Origin: Acidobacteriota bacterium
GTDB taxonomy: Bacteria > Acidobacteriota > Vicinamibacteria > Vicinamibacterales > SCN-69-37
Direction of reading: 5' to 3'
Length of the DNA: 64,000 nucleotides
Assembly (NCBI GenBank): GCA_009694745.1
Contig: SHUF01000003.1
Location: 26,558-90,557 of the forward strand
Below the pieces are notes generated by a model that was given only the letters and a program-made list of their open reading frames with translations, was not told the origin of the DNA and made no database searches. This document shows positions 59,180 to 64,000 of the stretch, in pieces (the first letter of the stretch is position 1; each line of letters starts with the position of its first letter). The position numbers and the translations under genes are program-made.

Positions 59180-59890
59180 GTGACATTTCCACTCGAGGCA
59201 GACCTTGCGGCCCTGACCACTCAGCTGCGCCGGCGGCTCCGCGAGCCTCTGCCCGGTGCTGAGGCGCAGCGCCGTTTCGCGCCTCAACCTCCGCGGCGAA
59301 GCTGGGACCCGGCCAGCCGCCCGCCAGGCGCGCGCGAGGCCGGCGCCCTGCTGTTGTTGTATCCCGGCGCCAACGGACCGTCCGTGGTCCTGACGCAGCG
59401 TCACGCGGACCTGCCCCACCACGGCGGCCAGATCAGCCTGCCCGGCGGCGGTCTGCACGGCGGCGAAACACCGGTCGACGGCGCGCTGCGTGAAGCCCAC
59501 GAGGAAATCGGACTCGACCCCTCGGACGTCCGTGTCGTCGGAGCCCTCTCAACGCTCTGGGTCATCGTCAGCCGGTTCGTGGTGCACCCGATCATCGCGG
59601 TGGCCGGGGACCGGCCGGCGTTTGCGCCCGCGCCGCGCGAGGTGGAGTTGTTGATCGAAGTGCCGTTGGCCGCGCTGCGGGATCCCGCCGGCCTGAAATG
59701 GGACCGGCGTCTGCGGCCCCAGCCCGCCGGCCAGGCGGACCTGCCGATCTGGGTCCCGTATTTTGACGTGGGCGGGCACCAGGTCTGGGGGGCCACGGCC
59801 ATGATTCTCGGGGAATTCGGGGCGCTACTGGATCCGACGTTTGGCCCGGGCCCGGTGCCCGAGCCGTCTGGATTACGCTATTCTAAGTAA
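59180..59890 (+). CDS. NUDIX hydrolase (CoA pyrophosphatase-like)
   Basis: GTG 59180 with GGAGGA about 10 nt upstream. Nudix box GGQISLPGGGLHGGETPVDGALREAHEEIGL. Confidence 0.8.
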   Translation: MTFPLEADLAALTTQLRRRLREPLPGAEAQRRFAPQPPRRSWDPASRPPGAREAGALLLLYPGANGPSVVLTQRHADLPHHGGQISLPGGGLHGGETPVDGALREAHEEIGLDPSDVRVVGALSTLWVIVSRFVVHPIIAVAGDRPAFAPAPREVELLIEVPLAALRDPAGLKWDRRLRPQPAGQADLPIWVPYFDVGGHQVWGATAMILGEFGALLDPTFGPGPVPEPSGLRYSK

Positions 59891-59910
59891 TCATTACGGA
59901 GTTCAGGGTA

Positions 59911-61059
59911 ATGGCAGACAACCCGTTTGTGTACGGCGAAATCGTGACGGCGGCGGCGTTTGCCGACCGGGAAATCGAGCGCGATCGACTGAGCCGGGAT
60001 CTGCTCGCCGGCCAGAAGGTGTTCCTGATTTCGCCGCGACGCTATGGCAAGTCGTCGCTGGTGCGCCACGTGCTGCGTGGCCTGGCAAAACAAGGCGTGC
60101 TGACCGTGGAAGTCACCGTGGCCAGTTCCAGCTCGTACGTCGGCTTCCTTGAAGCGTACGCCCGGGCGTTGCTGCTGGCGGACACGCCGGCCGGCCGGCT
60201 GCGGCAATGGACGTCGGACCTGCTGCGATCGGTCAGGCCCGAGGTGCGCTTCGAGGCCGCCCCCACCGGCGCGTCCCGATTCGCGATTGCTTTTCCGTCG
60301 GCACAAAGTGATCGCGACATCACGCGCCTGGCGAACGAAGTATTCGCCCTCCCCGGGCGCATCGCGGCGGCGCGCAAACGCCGAATGGCCGTGGCGCTCG
60401 ACGAGTTTCAGGCGATTGCTTCGTTCAACGGCGGCAGTATCGAACACGCCCTGCGCGCGGCCGTGCAGGATCAGCGGCAGGTCGGATATGTCTTCGCCGG
60501 ATCCGAGCCGTCGCTGATGGAGCGGATGCTCACCTCGAAGCGCCCGTTCTACAAAGCCGGCCCGGTGATGCGGCTGGAGAAGATTCACCAGGACGACTTC
60601 GCCTCATTCCTTGAAGGCCGGTTTGCCGGGAGCGGCATTCGCCCCGAGGCCGGCCTTGGAGCGGCCATTGTCGAGCTGGCCGGCAACGTGCCGTATGACG
60701 TGCAGCGGCTGGCGCACGAATTGTGGGACGACATGCGCGCCGCCGGCCGGAAGACCGCCACACTCGACGACCTGCACGCCACCTTGTCGCGGCTGCTGCA
60801 GGAACACGGCCCCATGTTTGAAGAGGCCTGGCAGCGGCTGACGCTCGCGCAGCGCGCCACGCTGCGCGCGCTGGTACTCGAGCAGGGGCGCGAGGTGCTG
60901 TCAGCCGATGTTCGGGCGCGACACCGGCTGGCAGGGGCATCAAGCGTCCAGTCGTCGCTCGCGGGTCTCGTGAAGGCCGACCTCGTCACCAAAGACGGCC
61001 CACGCTACACCATGGTGGATTCGCTGCTCCGCGAATGGGTCGCGCGCCAGACGTATTAG
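59911..61059 (+). CDS. AAA-type ATPase of the archaeal-ATPase (PF01637-like) family
   Basis: MADNPFVYGEIVTAAAFADRE, Walker A SPRRYGKSSL, Walker B AVALDEFQ, C-terminal wHTH-like region. Confidence 0.7.
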   Translation: MADNPFVYGEIVTAAAFADREIERDRLSRDLLAGQKVFLISPRRYGKSSLVRHVLRGLAKQGVLTVEVTVASSSSYVGFLEAYARALLLADTPAGRLRQWTSDLLRSVRPEVRFEAAPTGASRFAIAFPSAQSDRDITRLANEVFALPGRIAAARKRRMAVALDEFQAIASFNGGSIEHALRAAVQDQRQVGYVFAGSEPSLMERMLTSKRPFYKAGPVMRLEKIHQDDFASFLEGRFAGSGIRPEAGLGAAIVELAGNVPYDVQRLAHELWDDMRAAGRKTATLDDLHATLSRLLQEHGPMFEEAWQRLTLAQRATLRALVLEQGREVLSADVRARHRLAGASSVQSSLAGLVKADLVTKDGPRYTMVDSLLREWVARQTY

Positions 61060-61104
61060 AAGAACCGGGAATCGGGTAAAGTTTTGTTCGAAGGTGAGAC
61101 CTCT

Positions 61105-64000
61105 ATGACCACTCGACAGTTGCGACTCCTTTCTCTGTGCGCGGGCGCGTTCGCGTTGTCTGCGGCCACATTCACTCCGCTGTTCGCCCGACAGGCGCCG
61201 CCGCCGGTGGTATCGGACCAGGCGATGTTCCAGGGCCTGAAGTACCGATCAATCGGGCCGTCGCGTGGCGGCCGTGTGACGGCGGTGACCGGCGTGCCCT
61301 CGCAGCCGACGACGTTCTACATGGGCGTGGCCAGCGGCGGGGTGTTCCGCACCACGAACAACGGTCAGAGCTGGGAACCCATCACTGACGGGCAGATGCC
61401 GGTGGGGTCGATCGGAGCCATTGCGGTCGCCGACTCGGACCCGAACATCATCTACGTCGGCACCGGGTCCGATGGTGCGCGCAGCAATGTGTCCACCGGG
61501 CGCGGGGTCTACAAGTCCACAGATGCCGGCAAGACGTGGGCGTTCGCGGGCCTGTACAACGCCGGCCAGATCGGCGCCGTGCGCATCCATCCCACCAACC
61601 CAGGCATCGTGTGGGTCTCAGCCACCGGCGACGTGTTCAAGCCCAATAACGAACGAGGCATCTTCAAGACCATTGACGGCGGCGGGACGTGGAAGAAGGT
61701 CCTGTATCTGTCGGACGAAGTGGGCGGCGCGGACGTGGAGATCCAGCCCGGCAACCCGAACGTGGTCTACGCGTGGATGGCGCGCCTCGAGCGAAAGCCG
61801 TGGACGATCATCAGCGGCGGCAAGGTGGGCGGCTTCTTCAAAAGCACCGACGCCGGTGAGACGTTCACCAAAATTGCCACAGGGCTTCCCCAAGAACTGG
61901 TTGGCAAGGGCAATCTGGCGGTCACCGCGGCCAACCCCAATCGCATTTATGCCCTGATCGAAGCCCTGCCCGGCGGCGGGTTCTACCGATCCGACGATGG
62001 CGGACAGACGTGGGCCAACACCGGCGCCCCGGCCAACATTCAGGCCGCGATGACGCAGCGCCCGTTCTACTACACGACGCTTGGCGCAGACCCGACAAAC
62101 GCGGACGTGGTGTACGGAGGCGCCGAAGGGTTCTACAAATCCACCGACGCTGGCAAAACCTTCCAGTCGATGCGCACGCCGCACGGCGACAACCACGACA
62201 TCTGGGTGAACCCGACCAACGGCCAGATCATGGTGCAGGCGAACGACGGGGGCGCGAATGTGTCCAGCGATGGCGGCCGAACGTGGTCGGCGCAGAACAA
62301 TCAGCCGACCGGCGAGTTCTACGGTGCGGCCGTGGACAACGAATTTCCGTACCGAGTTTATGGCGCGCAGCAGGACAACAGTACGCTGGTACTTGAAAGC
62401 GATCGCGACGTGTACGACACGAATCTGGCGGGCGGGCCGGGATGCGAGACCGGGCCAATCATTCCTCACCCGAGCAAGCCCGACATCATTTACGGATCCT
62501 GCAAGGGGCAGTACGCGGTGATGAGCCGAAAAACAGGCCAGTCCAAGAATTACTGGATCGGCGGCCAGTCGCTCTACGGCAATGACGGCGGCGATCTGAT
62601 TTTCCGGTTCCAGCGTGTGTCGCCGATGGCGCTGTCGCCCCACGACCCGCTGGTGCTCTACTACGGGTCGCAGCATGTGCATCGCACACGCGACCTTGGC
62701 GTCACGTGGGAAAAGATCTCGCCCGATCTGACCGCGTTCCCGCCGTGCTGCCAGGGCGGCAGCGGCGAGCCGATTACGCGCGACGTGACCGGCGAAGAGT
62801 TCTACAGCACGCTCTACGCGATTACCGAATCGCCACTCGAGGCCGGGGTCATCTGGACTGGCGCCAACGACGGACCATTCCACGTCACCCGCGACAACGG
62901 CAAGACGTGGAAGAACATCACGCCGAAGGACCTGCCGACCGGCGGGCGCGTGGCCTGGATTGATGCGTCTCAGCATCGCCGCGGCTCGGCGTACTTCGCC
63001 GTGTATCGGTACCTGCTCGGTGACTATCAGCCGTACATCTATCGCACCGACGACTACGGTACGACGTGGAAGCGGTTGACCGACGGCAAGAACGGCATTC
63101 CGGCGGACTGGCCGACGCGTGTCGTACGCGAAGATCGCACCCGTCAGGGACTGCTCTACGCCGGCACAGAATTCGGCATGTTCATCTCGTTTGACAACGG
63201 CGCCAGCTGGAAATCATTCCAGCTCAACATGCCGAATGTGCCGATCAATGAGATCACGCTCCACAAGGGCGACATGGTCATTGCCACGCAGGGCCGGGCG
63301 TTCTGGATTTTCGACAACCTCAGCCCGTTGCAGCAGATGGCGCCGTCCGCCGCACCGGTGGCCGCACCCTCCGCGCCGACATTGTTCAAGCCGCGCGACG
63401 GCTATCGGACGCGTAGCAGCCCGGAGACGCTGGGACCGACCGTGGACTACTTCCTGCCGGCGGCGCCTGAGGGCCACGTGACGATCGAAGTGCTCGATGG
63501 GAAAGGCCAGGTGGTCAACTCCTATAGCAGCGCCGCGGCCGCAGGTGGTGGCGGCGGCCGTGGAGGCCGCGGCGGGCGGGGCGGCGGCGCGCCGGCGGCA
63601 CAGGCCGACCCTGATGCGCCGATGATGGCAGGCCGCACGGCCCCTGCCAACGCGCAGCCCGTGGGACGCGTGACCCGCACCGCCGGTTTCAACCGCTTCG
63701 TGTGGGACGTGCGCCACCAGAACGGATTGACCATGGCGCCGGCGCAGTACCAGGTGCGCATGAAAGTGGGCGACGCCACCCTCACCGAGAACTTCACGGT
63801 GCTGATCGATCCTCGCGTCGCGGCCGACGGCGTCACCTCTGCCGACCTGCAGGAGCAGTTCGACCACGGCGTGAAGATGGCCGCGCTCGTGACCAGCGTC
63901 AATGAGACTGTGGCGCGTGTGCGCACGGCGCAGACACAGCTCGGCAGCGGGGCAACCGCTGACCCCGTGAAGCTGAAGCAGGTCACTGCCCTGGCCGACA
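61105..64000 (+). CDS. Secreted Sortilin/VPS10-like BNR (Asp-box) beta-propeller protein (3' end outside window)
   Basis: Absent from the ORF track (no stop in the window). ATG 61105, signal peptide MTTRQLRLLSLCAGAFALSAA. Repeated Asp-box motifs (TNNGQSW, STDAGKTW, TIDGGGTW, SDDGGQTW, SSDGGRTW, TRDNGKTW, TDDYGTTW). ORF 61618..62976 (minus) is a shadow. Confidence 0.85.
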   Translation, partial: MTTRQLRLLSLCAGAFALSAATFTPLFARQAPPPVVSDQAMFQGLKYRSIGPSRGGRVTAVTGVPSQPTTFYMGVASGGVFRTTNNGQSWEPITDGQMPVGSIGAIAVADSDPNIIYVGTGSDGARSNVSTGRGVYKSTDAGKTWAFAGLYNAGQIGAVRIHPTNPGIVWVSATGDVFKPNNERGIFKTIDGGGTWKKVLYLSDEVGGADVEIQPGNPNVVYAWMARLERKPWTIISGGKVGGFFKSTDAGETFTKIATGLPQELVGKGNLAVTAANPNRIYALIEALPGGGFYRSDDGGQTWANTGAPANIQAAMTQRPFYYTTLGADPTNADVVYGGAEGFYKSTDAGKTFQSMRTPHGDNHDIWVNPTNGQIMVQANDGGANVSSDGGRTWSAQNNQPTGEFYGAAVDNEFPYRVYGAQQDNSTLVLESDRDVYDTNLAGGPGCETGPIIPHPSKPDIIYGSCKGQYAVMSRKTGQSKNYWIGGQSLYGNDGGDLIFRFQRVSPMALSPHDPLVLYYGSQHVHRTRDLGVTWEKISPDLTAFPPCCQGGSGEPITRDVTGEEFYSTLYAITESPLEAGVIWTGANDGPFHVTRDNGKTWKNITPKDLPTGGRVAWIDASQHRRGSAYFAVYRYLLGDYQPYIYRTDDYGTTWKRLTDGKNGIPADWPTRVVREDRTRQGLLYAGTEFGMFISFDNGASWKSFQLNMPNVPINEITLHKGDMVIATQGRAFWIFDNLSPLQQMAPSAAPVAAPSAPTLFKPRDGYRTRSSPETLGPTVDYFLPAAPEGHVTIEVLDGKGQVVNSYSSAAAAGGGGGRGGRGGRGGGAPAAQADPDAPMMAGRTAPANAQPVGRVTRTAGFNRFVWDVRHQNGLTMAPAQYQVRMKVGDATLTENFTVLIDPRVAADGVTSADLQEQFDHGVKMAALVTSVNETVARVRTAQTQLGSGATADPVKLKQVTALAD

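Noticed and set aside
63541-63600. GGC/CGG-rich repetitive stretch (also 55900..55960 and 56470..56530)
   Set aside because: These lie in frame inside the BNR protein and the metalloprotease, encoding Gly/Arg-rich linkers (GGGGGRGGRGGRGGG; GGGGRGGGAGAPG). They are coding low complexity, not independent repeat elements.

Overview
High-GC chromosomal segment, most likely from an Acidobacterium. The taxon call rests on ADOP-type MacB/FtsX permeases, CarboxypepD_reg/TonB-like outer-membrane proteins and a DUF1592/DUF1552 pair. I support about 37 apparently intact protein genes and about 12 decayed ones. I found no rRNA, tRNA, CRISPR array, transposase or phage gene. Two real genes run off the window edges and are missing from the ORF track (1..2836 minus, 61105..64000 plus). 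Many long ORFs in the track are Arg/His-rich antisense shadows. Main observations: (1) A 7.3-kb divergent, translationally coupled eight-gene lipid cluster (23187..30445). It joins sphingolipid-type enzymes (alpha-oxoamine synthase, DAG-kinase-like lipid kinase, Zn-dehydrogenase, PlsC-like acyltransferase) to a Tam41/Mmp37-like cytidylyltransferase, a CDP-alcohol phosphatidyltransferase and a MocA-like nucleotidyltransferase. This is my best candidate for an undescribed system. (2) An unusually high density of gene decay: in-frame stops, frameshifts, internal deletions and one clean deletion scar joining two convergent gene stumps. (3) A BIME/REP-like family of composite palindromes at three 3' intergenic sites. 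(4) Two degenerate 8-bp-period tandem arrays that both end in phase in a TAGACT box just upstream of a start codon. (5) Recurrent TAGAAT/TACAAT/TAGACT -10-like boxes 6-7 nt upstream of start codons, suggesting several leaderless mRNAs. (6) A visibly lower-GC orphan gene flanked by long imperfect palindromes. All calls come from reading and hand translation. Family names are recognised from motifs, not from database searches, and start codons are best guesses.
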